Under the pieces are notes generated by a model. The model had not been told where the DNA came from and did no database searches. It saw only the letters and a list, made by a program, of their open reading frames with translations. Positions 9,759 through 18,488 of a stretch of 28,226 nt of DNA are shown here, in pieces. How positions within the stretch are numbered: the stretch's first letter is position 1; each line of letters starts with the position of its first letter. The DNA lies in assembly GCA_048939465.1 (NCBI GenBank), contig JBHLPL010000010.1, forward strand, positions 1-28,226, read 5' to 3'. Origin of the DNA: Promethearchaeota archaeon. Lineage in GTDB: Archaea; Asgardarchaeota; Odinarchaeia; Odinarchaeales; JBHLKK01. The translations under genes were made by a program, and so were the position numbers.

Positions 9759-9830
9759 AAACTTGGCCCCCCTAGTGCATCATTTTGTGGAGGATTGACC
9801 TCTGTATTCTCCCCCCAAAATCCACTCTTA

Positions 9831-10439
9831 TCAAGCACCTCTCATCGCTTCTGGAATCTCAAGGCGATCAGCAACCATCTCGGCGACCTTCTTTCCATAA
9901 ATAATCTCTAAGATTTTAAGACCTAAATCCAGAGAACATGAGACCCCGCCAGCTGAGATAATATTCCCGTCCACGGAAACACGAGAATCAACTACCTCGC
10001 AGGAGTCTCTCAGTTGCTCTCTATACTCATGATGGGTGGTAACCCTCCTTCCCTTTAGTATTCCCGCTCCCTCCAGGATTAATGCACCAGTACACACGGA
10101 ACAGACAATATGGTTTTTGGCGAAGTCTCGTATCCTTTCTAGAAGGTTTCTATCGTTGATCAGTTTCGTTACTCCTTTCCCACCCGGTACTATTAGCAAG
10201 TCATAACCCTCAAAGTCTTCGACAATTTTGCTGGGCTTCACCAATAGGCCGTTTGCGCAGACAATCGATTCTTCGGAAGCTATAAGATCAGTTTGAATTC
10301 CTTTTTTGATAGGCAATGTTCCTTCGTCTTTCATTGCCTGGGTCTTAGCTAACACCTCAAACACACCGACGAAATCTAGCTCCTCCACATTCGGAAAAAT
10401 GTATATTCCAATTCTCTTCATTTTGGAACCCTGTGTCAT
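9831..10439 (-). CDS. DJ-1/PfpI family protein
   Basis: EELDF (catalytic Glu), LLIVPGG, SVCTGA (nucleophile Cys), SAGGVS. Confidence 0.9.
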   Translation of the reverse strand: MTQGSKMKRIGIYIFPNVEELDFVGVFEVLAKTQAMKDEGTLPIKKGIQTDLIASEESIVCANGLLVKPSKIVEDFEGYDLLIVPGGKGVTKLINDRNLLERIRDFAKNHIVCSVCTGALILEGAGILKGRRVTTHHEYREQLRDSCEVVDSRVSVDGNIISAGGVSCSLDLGLKILEIIYGKKVAEMVADRLEIPEAMRGA

Positions 10440-10485
10440 TCATTCAGTTATTGAAACATAGAAGTGAAACTGAAGTATGGATTGA

Positions 10486-10587
10486 TGCGGTCGCCGGGAT
10501 TTGAACCCGGGTCGTGGGCGTTCTTCTCCGAGTCACTATTTGCGGATTGGCAGGCCCATGTCCTAAGCCAGACTAGACTACGACCGC
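10486..10587 (-). tRNA. trnG-GCC: tRNA-Gly(GCC) with 27-nt canonical intron (37/38) at 10521-10547; no encoded CCA
   Basis: Acceptor GCGGTCG/CGACCGC, anticodon arm TGGGC-CTGCCA^C-GCCCA, T-loop TTCAAAT. BHB inner helix TCCG/CGGA. Confidence 0.95.
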
Positions 10588-10693
10588 TTATTTTTAGATG
10601 ACTTCCGTTTTTTTTAAACTTTTCGAATACTAAGAAGTGTATTAAAGCAATTATATGAGTTTACCACCCTTGAAGTAGATTCCATAGAACAGT

Positions 10694-10700
10694 TTTTATA
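10694..10700 (+). promoter_or_regulatory. Putative TATA box for tRNA-Val (TTTATAA)
   Basis: 32-38 nt upstream of G1 at 10732. Confidence 0.5.
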
Positions 10701-10731
10701 AGGAAAGTAAGTAGAAAATAGAATAAATGTG

Positions 10732-10859
10732 GGGCGGGTAGTCTAGTCGGCTATGATGCCGCGTTGACGACGCGGAGAGAGTTGGAAGAAAACTCACGAA
10801 TGTCGAGAGTTCGAAACCCTACGGTTCTCTTGAGGGAGAAAGTCTCTCCCCGCCCACCA
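10732..10859 (+). tRNA. trnV-GAC: tRNA-Val(GAC) with two non-canonical introns: 24 nt in the variable loop (about 10778-10801, 45/46 or 44/45) and 27 nt in the T-loop (10816-10842, 59/60); CCA encoded
   Basis: Acceptor GGGCGGG/CCCGCCC-ACCA, anticodon arm CCGCG-TTGACGA-CGCGG, T-stem GAGAG/CTCTC. Removing both inserts restores a normal cloverleaf. Confidence 0.88.
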
Positions 10860-11164
10860 ATTATCCGGGTTCTCCTATTAGATACCATCAAACCGTTCCA
10901 ACTGCTTTTGAAGTCCTAAATATCCTATTCGACGTAAATCAAAGATGAAGCTTTTGTCCTTGATAAATACCTTTAACTGAGCAGAATATCGAATCCTGTC
11001 GGAAATGTTGTCCGTTAGGCTACTTCTCGACTCTCCTCTCGACTGTCTCAAAGACACGGACCTACCGCCGCATTTCGTATCCCTATCGGACAGGTGCTGA
11101 CTCCCATAGAAAGCGATGGATCTGAGATCTCCGCTTCTTCCGCAGCTTAGAAGAGGTCAAGCAA

Positions 11165-11191
11165 ATTGAGGATCTTAAGCCTATCCTCAAT
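11165..11191. repeat. Perfect 9-bp inverted repeat ATTGAGGAT-N9-ATCCTCAAT
   Basis: Read directly; about 30 nt past the tRNA-Ala 3' end; possible terminator hairpin. Confidence 0.6.
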
Positions 11192-11219
11192 ACTAGGCAC
11201 TCCACATGCACCATAAGTT

Positions 11220-11322
11220 TGGTGGACCGGAGGGGATTTGAACCCCTGGCCTACGGATTCCTACAGAACATAGGAATTCTCCGCCATGCCAAGGCGGCGA
11301 TCTTCCGCTGATCTACCGGCCC
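11220..11322 (-). tRNA. trnA-GGC: tRNA-Ala(GGC) with 28-nt variable-loop intron (45/46) at 11251-11278; CCA encoded
   Basis: GGGCCGG/CCGGTCC-ACCA with G3:U70, CCGCC-TTGGCAT-GGCGG. BHB: bulges AG^A and AG^G, H GCGG/CCGT, inner helix ATTCCTA/TAGGAAT. Confidence 0.93.
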
Positions 11323-11394
11323 TTTTTTGGTCTTATAATCTTATTATCGAAGAAAGGAGACTTCGAGTTTGGAGGTGTTAGTTTTTTAGACTTT

Positions 11395-11583
11395 TTATGT
11401 GGTTCGTGTTTTATTAAAGGTTTTGTTTGCCCAATCGTAGCTTCTTATTCGTTTAGAAGCCCCGAAACCACATGCAGCGCAGTATCTTTTCTGAACATGA
11501 TAAGATCTTCTTCCACATCGTCTGCATCTTATGTGGGTCTTTTTTCCGCTCCTCTTTCCAAAAGAGGGTGTACCTTTTCCCAT
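11395..11583 (-). CDS. rpl37e: 50S ribosomal protein L37e
   Basis: [26 protein letters not shown]...CAACGFG. Confidence 0.97.
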   Translation of the reverse strand: MGKGTPSFGKRSGKKTHIRCRRCGRRSYHVQKRYCAACGFGASKRIRSYDWANKTFNKTRTT

Positions 11584-11620
11584 AGACTTAGCACTCCTTA
11601 CAGACGGTCACAAGCTTCTT

Positions 11621-11860
11621 CTATTTTGTCGGCGGTGGCGATATTATTATTACATTGTCCCCCCGCACTACCACCGTGCCCAGTGGTTTCGATTGCTCAC
11701 TCTCTTGTTCAATTAGCTCTACTGCATCCTCCAGAATGAGATTCATGTGTTGGTCAAATCCCTTCAATTTCCCTCGAAGACCACGTCCTCCTTTTAGTTT
11801 TACAAGAACGCTCTGGTCTATCGATCTCTCCAGCAGATCCAGCGGTCTTTGTCCACTCAT
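11621..11860 (-). CDS. Sm-like (Lsm/SmAP1) RNA-binding protein; start ATG 11860 (the ORF-track extension to 11986 is probably spurious)
   Basis: Sm1 GKLKGFDQHMNLILEDA and Sm2 VVVRGDNVIIISP; directly upstream of rpl37e. Confidence 0.93.
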   Translation of the reverse strand: MSGQRPLDLLERSIDQSVLVKLKGGRGLRGKLKGFDQHMNLILEDAVELIEQESEQSKPLGTVVVRGDNVIIISPPPTK

Positions 11861-11956
11861 TTCGCATGTCTCCCAAAGAAACGATAAATACGCAAAGAAG
11901 ATTAGATGAGACATATTTAAAATTATTGCTGGAAAAAGGTATTCTATTACGTTCGG

Positions 11957-12478
11957 GTGAGCAAAATGAGGATTAGAAAAAGACATCTTCTAAGCTCAAA
12001 GGATTTGAAGCGACTTAGGGAGACTTTGATAGATCTCTCGTTCTATAATGAATTTCTGGTTCCCAAGGGTGCAAACGTGGAACTAATCCATTTAGAAGAT
12101 ATGGAATTGTATGCAATCGATAATAGAATTCAGTTTATTAAGAGGAAGGAAACGATATTTCCCGCATTACAGGCTCTTTTGGAGGGGGAGGTAAAACTTC
12201 CTCACGTAGTTGTTGATATGGGTGCCGTTCCCTATATTGCACGTGGAGCTACAATAATGGCGCCTGGGATAGTCAAGGCTGATGAAGGCATTGGAAGCGG
12301 AGACACGGTCGTGGTTGTTGATGAAATTCATAAGAGACCGTTGGCTATCGGAATTGCACTTATGACTACAGTGGAGATGAAAACCACAAAAAGGGGGCGT
12401 GCAATAGATAATCTTCACCATGTAGGAGACAGTATATGGGATTTCATAAAGGAGTTTCAGGCAAAGAGAGGAAAGTAA
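11957..12478 (+). CDS. PUA-domain RNA-binding protein (Tma20/MCT-1-like); start 11957 or 11966
   Basis: VVVDMGAVPYIARGATIMAPGIV...PLAIG...G.AIDNLHHVGD. Confidence 0.9.
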   Translation: MSKMRIRKRHLLSSKDLKRLRETLIDLSFYNEFLVPKGANVELIHLEDMELYAIDNRIQFIKRKETIFPALQALLEGEVKLPHVVVDMGAVPYIARGATIMAPGIVKADEGIGSGDTVVVVDEIHKRPLAIGIALMTTVEMKTTKRGRAIDNLHHVGDSIWDFIKEFQAKRGK

Positions 12479-12572
12479 GACCGTCTTGCTGCGTATTTCC
12501 CGGATAACATAAAGCTTAAAATTCGACCATTGTCTAATCTAAATCTAACCTAAAGAGATGCACTCACGCTAG

Positions 12573-13022
12573 GTGGTATTGGTGGGAATACTTAAGAGGC
12601 TTTTTGGCAGAGGGCGTGAAAAAGACAAAACAGAAGACCATGAAAGAGATATCAACTACGAGGGGGCGGTTGTCGAGGGGGAGGAATACCTAAGAGAGTT
12701 AGGCGTATTTGATGAGGGGTCGCTTGATGAGGGGATTGGTTTGGAGGAGATTTATATCAAGTCAATTCCTTTGTACGGGCTTGATGATGTTCCTTCCATT
12801 GCCAGCGAACTGGAGGATGGAAATATCTTGGTGTTGAACGTATCCCCTCTTGTCCGCAAAGATGATTCTGCTACGAGGGAATTGAAAAGAATAGTAGATC
12901 GGCTTCGAGGGCTCTGTAGAAGTTTGAGAGGAGATATCGCGCAGCTTGGAAGCAACTACATTATTGTTACTCCATCGTTTGTACGAATTTGGAGAAGAAA
13001 GAAAACTAGGGAAGAAGAGTAG
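12573..13022 (+). CDS. sepF: Cell-division protein SepF
   Basis: N-terminal amphipathic GILKRLFG, acidic linker, DGNILVLNV..L...GDIAQLG..YIIVTP core. Confidence 0.85.
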   Translation: MVLVGILKRLFGRGREKDKTEDHERDINYEGAVVEGEEYLRELGVFDEGSLDEGIGLEEIYIKSIPLYGLDDVPSIASELEDGNILVLNVSPLVRKDDSATRELKRIVDRLRGLCRSLRGDIAQLGSNYIIVTPSFVRIWRRKKTREEE

Positions 13023-13030
13023 TTGGATTT

Positions 13031-14938
13031 TTATTTGACACGAATTGTTTCTAGATTCTGTGGAGCTTTTGTTTCTAAACGGTAAACTCTGTGAATTGCG
13101 CTGGCTAAGCTTGTGCATTTAGTGCTTTCACCGTGACACGTAAGGATGTTTTCGGGTTTTGGTGAGATCTTTTGAACAAAGTTCATTAGTTGCCTTCTAT
13201 CTGAATGACCTGAGAAACCTTCAATTGTGTGAAGAGAGGCGTCTACGTTCACAATTTCGGTACGTCCATTTCTGGATCGCATGGGAATCTCATGCCATCC
13301 TTTCTGAACTCTGCGTCCCAGCGTGCCTTCCGCCTGGTAGCTTACAAATATCACACTGTTTCTCGAATCGGGAGCCATCAGACGGAAATATTCTACTGAG
13401 GGGCCGCCAGTCAGCATTCCGGAGGTAGCCATAATGATACAAGGATCCCCTTCGACTATGTCAGTTCGTTCGTTCATATTGTCAACTTGTACAAAGAAAT
13501 CAGCCAGAAATGGATTATGGCCATAGTGAAATATCTTCTCTCGAAGATTGTTGGCTAGATATTCGGGATGAGTTGTATGAATCGCTGTAGCTTCAGATAT
13601 CATGCCATCTATGTAAACTGGAACTTCATTCAGTATACCTTTTCTCATGTATTCCTCAACGACTATTATGAGCTCCTGAGCTCGCCCTACTGCTAAGACA
13701 GGTATTAGAACCTTCCCGCCCTTGCTCGTTGTCTCATTTATGGCGTTTACTAAACGTTTTTCCGACTCTCTTCTTGGCGGCATGTTGTCCTTGGAACTTC
13801 CGTAAGTGCTTTCAATTATCAGAGTTTCGAGACGGGGGAAGTTGCAGACAGCCTGTTCGAGCAAACGAGTTCTGGCGAATTTAAAATCACCAGTATAGGC
13901 AATGTTATGAAGGCCTTCGCCTATATGCAGATGCACGATGGCCGATCCGAGGATGTGTCCGGCATTATGTAATGTTAGTCTAATATCGGGTGCTATGTCA
14001 GTTACCTCACCAAATTCCAAGGGAATGGTATGAAGTACCGTTTTCTTGATATCTTTTTGGCTATAGGGCAGAAGTTTTCCCTCTCTTTGGGCGACCTCCA
14101 GGTAGTCCAGTTGGAGCAGAGTCATAAGATTTCGGGTGGCACTTGTACAGTATATCGGTCCATTGTATCCATACTTGAATAGGAAAGGAAGAAAACCAGA
14201 ATGATCCAGGTGAGCATGCGTAACGACTACTGCATCTAAAGATTCTATGGTAAATTCAGGTACGTCCAAACGTGGAAAAGCGTGAGTAGATGAGCCTACA
14301 TTAACACCACAGTCGACTAATACACTGCTCTCAGGTGTTTGGATAAGCATTGCTGTTCGCCCTACCTCTCTGAAACCACCCAGCGTAGTCATTCGAACCC
14401 AACTTTCCCTAAACACAAGTGGTCTATGAATCCTTTCACCCATATTCCTAAGAATTTGCTTTCTTGTTTCTCCTTCATTTTGAAGAAGATGACGTATTTG
14501 CATTATAGTCTTGGAATCAATAGGAGGGGTTCTTATGACAGAAGGGCGCCACAGGGTCGATTTCGTTATATCTTTTAGAGTCACTCCATTTCTTCCTATA
14601 ACTAGGCCTGGCTTCTTAGCCTCAATTACGACTTCTCCAACGCTCTGATCAAAATAAATCTGGGTAATTTCTGCGTCGGCAGGTACCAATTCCCGAATTC
14701 TCTTTTCAGCATCTTCCGGAAGAGTTCTAACAGATGGATCAGATCTAAGTACAATTCTTTTTCTGATTTGCCTTACGAGATTCTTTATTGTCTCACCATT
14801 ATCCATTAGAACTACTGGGTTTTTTGAGTAAACTGCGATTTCAGGCCCCTCGAACTCAATACTGGAAATCATAGCGTCGGCGGGCAATTCTTCTATTATT
14901 TGCTGTCTGATTTCACTCAAAACATCCTTAGATAACAA
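13031..14938 (-). CDS. fttA: KH-domain beta-CASP ribonuclease aCPSF1 (transcription termination factor FttA)
   Basis: N-terminal KH domains (KPGLVIG), LGGFREVGR, HAHLDH, AGHILGS, FSGHSDR. Confidence 0.95.
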   Translation of the reverse strand: MLSKDVLSEIRQQIIEELPADAMISSIEFEGPEIAVYSKNPVVLMDNGETIKNLVRQIRKRIVLRSDPSVRTLPEDAEKRIRELVPADAEITQIYFDQSVGEVVIEAKKPGLVIGRNGVTLKDITKSTLWRPSVIRTPPIDSKTIMQIRHLLQNEGETRKQILRNMGERIHRPLVFRESWVRMTTLGGFREVGRTAMLIQTPESSVLVDCGVNVGSSTHAFPRLDVPEFTIESLDAVVVTHAHLDHSGFLPFLFKYGYNGPIYCTSATRNLMTLLQLDYLEVAQREGKLLPYSQKDIKKTVLHTIPLEFGEVTDIAPDIRLTLHNAGHILGSAIVHLHIGEGLHNIAYTGDFKFARTRLLEQAVCNFPRLETLIIESTYGSSKDNMPPRRESEKRLVNAINETTSKGGKVLIPVLAVGRAQELIIVVEEYMRKGILNEVPVYIDGMISEATAIHTTHPEYLANNLREKIFHYGHNPFLADFFVQVDNMNERTDIVEGDPCIIMATSGMLTGGPSVEYFRLMAPDSRNSVIFVSYQAEGTLGRRVQKGWHEIPMRSRNGRTEIVNVDASLHTIEGFSGHSDRRQLMNFVQKISPKPENILTCHGESTKCTSLASAIHRVYRLETKAPQNLETIRVK

Positions 14939-15000
14939 ATTCTTATCTCCTCCTGGAGAACGTGGTGCTTAGAAGTTTGGTAAGGCCATGTGTAGGCAAT

Positions 15001-15669
15001 CTAACGTCGTTTCTTAGTTGTAGTTAATTTCTCTATTTCTGCCCAAACTTCCTTTTCGGGCGTCCTACTAAAGCCCGATTTTGAAATTGTCACAACATCA
15101 ATACCGTTGCCGGTGGCAACATCCCGTTCAAGGGCAGAATGAACTGCTCGGATGACCAAGGGTATTCCATCTCTAACGGTCAGTTTATCGTTATATGAAT
15201 CTTCCAAAACGCCATAAGCGACTGGTGAACCAGATCCTGTTGAGACGAACTTATCTTCGACCACACTCCCGAAAAGATCAAGTATAAACAATCGAGAGCC
15301 TGTATCATCCAGTCCACCAATTACAACCTGCAAGATGTATGGAAATAACCTCGACTGAAAGAAGATATTGGCAAGTAATCTAGCAGCAGCACCAACACGA
15401 ATAGGGGCTTCTTTCTGAATTCTATATAGGCTAGCGGAGGCCCGCAATATGTCCATAGCGGTTTGCGCATCAGCCACGGAGCCCGCAATTGTTGCTCCAA
15501 GGTGCGTATCGATTTCAAATATTTTTTCAGTATGTTTATGAGCTACTAGGTATCCAGCAGTAGCTTGTCTATCAGCAGCTAGGACAGTGCCGTCATTGCA
15601 GACAACACCCACTGTTGTTGTTCCAGTAAGGAGTTTCTGCGTTTGCTCATTCGTATATGAATGGTACAT
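15001..15669 (-). CDS. psmB: Proteasome beta subunit
   Basis: Propeptide ending G^TTTVG, AADRQAT, GSGSPVAYG, RDVATG; adjacent to aCPSF1. Confidence 0.95.
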   Translation of the reverse strand: MYHSYTNEQTQKLLTGTTTVGVVCNDGTVLAADRQATAGYLVAHKHTEKIFEIDTHLGATIAGSVADAQTAMDILRASASLYRIQKEAPIRVGAAARLLANIFFQSRLFPYILQVVIGGLDDTGSRLFILDLFGSVVEDKFVSTGSGSPVAYGVLEDSYNDKLTVRDGIPLVIRAVHSALERDVATGNGIDVVTISKSGFSRTPEKEVWAEIEKLTTTKKRR

Positions 15670-15864
15670 GAATTATGCCTCAGGTATAGGTTTGCTGCGC
15701 TAAATCTTTAAAAACTCGGAGCGTAAATCTAAGATAAGCTTATAGAGTGTTTTTCTTACGTATATTTAAAGATAGCGTTCCACACTTTTTATTCTGTAAT
15801 CGATAATATAAGAATCTATTTATAATATCGACTCGTCCTTATTTAGACGAGCCGGGGTGAGAAG

Positions 15865-16926
15865 ATGTCATCATTGTCAATACATAAAATGCAGCTTCCC
15901 AGAGAGATAACTATCGGACGTGACACGCTAGGAATTGTGGGGGAAATTTGCTCGAAGCTTGGTTATAGAGGAAATGCGCTGGTTATATCCGGTCCGCACA
16001 CAATGAAGATTGCAGGGCAGCAAGCCGTCAATTCATTATCTGAAGCAGGATTCAAGGTTTCTACAACAGTTGCAGGCGAGGCTACGCCAGAAACAATAGC
16101 AACTACCCGCAAGAAGATAGTTTCAGTTCAACCTTCGATAGTTTTGGGAGTAGGAGGGGGCAGAGTTATTGATATTTCAAAACTTTCCTCTGCCGAGGAG
16201 AAATTGCCTTTCATAAGTATACCAACAACTGCCTCTCACGACGGTATAGCCTCACCAAGGGCTTCGATTAAAGGTGGGAAAAAACCTCATTCAATTAAAG
16301 TCGAGTCACCGATAGCGATTGTTGCAGATACCGAGATTATAGCCAAAGCACCTTACCGTCTTCTGGCATCAGGTTGTGGTGATTTGATTGCGAATTCTAC
16401 GGCTGTCAAGGATTGGGAACTCTCATACAAGCTGAGAAACGAGTACTACGGAGAATATTCAGCCTCTCTTTCTCGAATGTGTGCAGAACTTGTCATCCGT
16501 AATGCATCATTAATCAAGCAGAAAACGGATGAGGGCATAAGAATAGTTCTGGAGGGGCTGATCTCCAGCGGTGTTGCCATGGGAATTGCAGGAAGTAGCC
16601 GTCCCGCAAGTGGTTCAGAGCATATGTTCAGTCACAGCTTAGATCTGCTCTCAAAGAATCATGCATTGCACGGAGAGCAATGCGGTGTGGGTGCTATAAT
16701 GATGATGAATCTTCACGGAGGCGACTGGCAAAAGATACGCGACGCATTAAAGGAAATTGGTTCCCCAACTACTGCTGGAGAGTTAGGGGTAGGTTCAGAG
16801 GATATAATAAATGCCCTGTGCTATTCACATAAAATAAGGCCCGACAGATATACAATACTGGGTGTCAAAGGCCTAACGAAAGAGGCTGCAGAGCGCCTAG
16901 CGAGAATAACAGGAGTAATCAACTAG
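15865..16926 (+). CDS. egsA: NAD(P)-dependent glycerol-1-phosphate dehydrogenase
   Basis: GVGGGRVID, PTTASHDG, SRPASGSEH.FSH, LHGEQCG, RPDRYTIL. Confidence 0.95.
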   Translation: MSSLSIHKMQLPREITIGRDTLGIVGEICSKLGYRGNALVISGPHTMKIAGQQAVNSLSEAGFKVSTTVAGEATPETIATTRKKIVSVQPSIVLGVGGGRVIDISKLSSAEEKLPFISIPTTASHDGIASPRASIKGGKKPHSIKVESPIAIVADTEIIAKAPYRLLASGCGDLIANSTAVKDWELSYKLRNEYYGEYSASLSRMCAELVIRNASLIKQKTDEGIRIVLEGLISSGVAMGIAGSSRPASGSEHMFSHSLDLLSKNHALHGEQCGVGAIMMMNLHGGDWQKIRDALKEIGSPTTAGELGVGSEDIINALCYSHKIRPDRYTILGVKGLTKEAAERLARITGVIN

Positions 16927-17205
16927 CTAAGCTAAGGACGGAGAATCCTGAAATTATTACATGATGGAAGTCAAGACTGTCTGAGGAGCCAGATTTGAGT
17001 TCTAGAGAAACGGAGAAGCCGCAGTCCCTTGGTGTCTAAATGCCAATAGAAACTGACGGCTATTGGAAAGATTAATTGACTTATCATCCAACCGAGGGGG
17101 ATGGATTTTTGGAATGGACACTGATTCAGCTGTCAGCCTCGACGAATCTCCGATTTGTATTGTTTTTATTGATAGAATGTGTAACTAACATAGGAGATAT
17201 GTGAG

Positions 17206-17646
17206 ATGCCTGTCGTAGCAATTGGAGAGAAACAAGCGAAACCTGGCACAGAATTCATGTTTAGTGATTCGTTTGAAGAGTGTAAGAGTTGTGATCTACG
17301 CCGAATATGTGTAGGTAATCTCGAACCCGGGCGTATTTATGAAATAATCAGAGTGAAGAAAAAGAAACATTCTTGTAGTCTTTATGAAGGGGGGATCGTT
17401 GTTGTGGAGGTTGAAGAAGCAAGGATTAAGGCCATAATTGATGCCAAAAACGCTTTTGAAGGCGCCACCATAACACTAAGATTGCCCACGTGTAAGCAGC
17501 TCTCCTGCAACTATTATGGGCAATGTATTCCAGATGGGCTTTATGATAACGACAGAATAAAAATCATTAAGATATACAGTAAGAAAATTGATTGCCCGCA
17601 AGGTCGACGTCTGAAATCAGTTCAGCTCAAGAGATCTTCTTTTTGA
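17206..17646 (+). CDS. UPF0179 family protein
   Basis: EC..C.LR.IC..NLEPG..Y, C.LYEGG, second Cys cluster; SD GGAG. Confidence 0.8.
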   Translation: MPVVAIGEKQAKPGTEFMFSDSFEECKSCDLRRICVGNLEPGRIYEIIRVKKKKHSCSLYEGGIVVVEVEEARIKAIIDAKNAFEGATITLRLPTCKQLSCNYYGQCIPDGLYDNDRIKIIKIYSKKIDCPQGRRLKSVQLKRSSF

Positions 17647-18344
17647 AAAGTTTCCACAAAAGATATGGTCTCAATCGTAGTCAGAAATCTTCCAATGTCT
17701 TTTGCAATTCCCCTCTTAACAAACTGTATTCCCTCAAGAAACATAGCATCTTTGGGAACGTCTATGTTTGCTTTTCTGTTCTTTACATCGACTTTGAAGT
17801 TCTCTATAGGAATATCGATTATCCTCCGCTCTATTAGAGCCTTTATTTTATCTATTACTCTCGTAAGTCTCTTTTTGACGGTAACCTCATACACCAGAGT
17901 CTTTCCAGCCAGCGGGGGGTTATAGTCTACACGGACCCTGCCCCCGCCAACGCTAATCACTGTGCCCCTGCGCGTACCTATTTGAACGCGCATACCAGGA
18001 CGGGGTTTAACATCCTGTCGTCTAAATTCTCTGATGGATAGAACTTTGATAGCGCTTGGGTCTCTTTTTCCAAATCCTTTCTCGGGGACGACTTCAATCG
18101 TTTCTGTCTGTCCGAGTGCTAAACCTTCCAGTGCTTCATCCAGCCCTTTGACAACCCATCCTTCCCCGATTATGATCAAACGAGGTTTGTATGTCGTTTC
18201 TTCAGAGAACACATTTTCTTTCTTGGCAACATCTTCCAAGGTAACATCAAAAAGATCATTGGTTTCCTCTACCCGCCCAATTAAATCTGCCAGTATGAAA
18301 TCCCCTTTCTTCAGGGACCTAACATCGCTTTTTGATTTTGTCAA
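17622..18344 (-). CDS. Long FKBP-type peptidyl-prolyl isomerase (SlyD-like)
   Basis: GEGWVVKGLDEAL, PEKGFGKRD, VRVDYNPPLAGKTL, plus the archaeal C-terminal extension. Confidence 0.9.
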   Translation of the reverse strand: MTKSKSDVRSLKKGDFILADLIGRVEETNDLFDVTLEDVAKKENVFSEETTYKPRLIIIGEGWVVKGLDEALEGLALGQTETIEVVPEKGFGKRDPSAIKVLSIREFRRQDVKPRPGMRVQIGTRRGTVISVGGGRVRVDYNPPLAGKTLVYEVTVKKRLTRVIDKIKALIERRIIDIPIENFKVDVKNRKANIDVPKDAMFLEGIQFVKRGIAKDIGRFLTTIETISFVETFQKEDLLS

Positions 18345-18488
18345 AGATAACCACCTACAGAAGCCAATTTACAGAGGTTCAACGGAAAGATCTGATGTTA
18401 AGCTTAAGTTTTAACTTTATCGGCCGAAAGGGCCTCCGCACGAACTCCTCCTGCAGTTTGCTATAAAGGCCTACAGACAGTGCTTTAT

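Noticed and set aside
16948-16984. CTGA...ATGATGG...CTGA looks like part of a box C/D sRNA
   Set aside because: No terminal C box or complete C-D'-C'-D layout, and no target could be identified.
17087-17103. TCCAACCGAGGGGGATG resembles the mini-element left-end hairpin (TCCAACTGAGGGGGTG)
   Set aside because: No AAGA guide, no TTTAT at the expected distance and no right end nearby.
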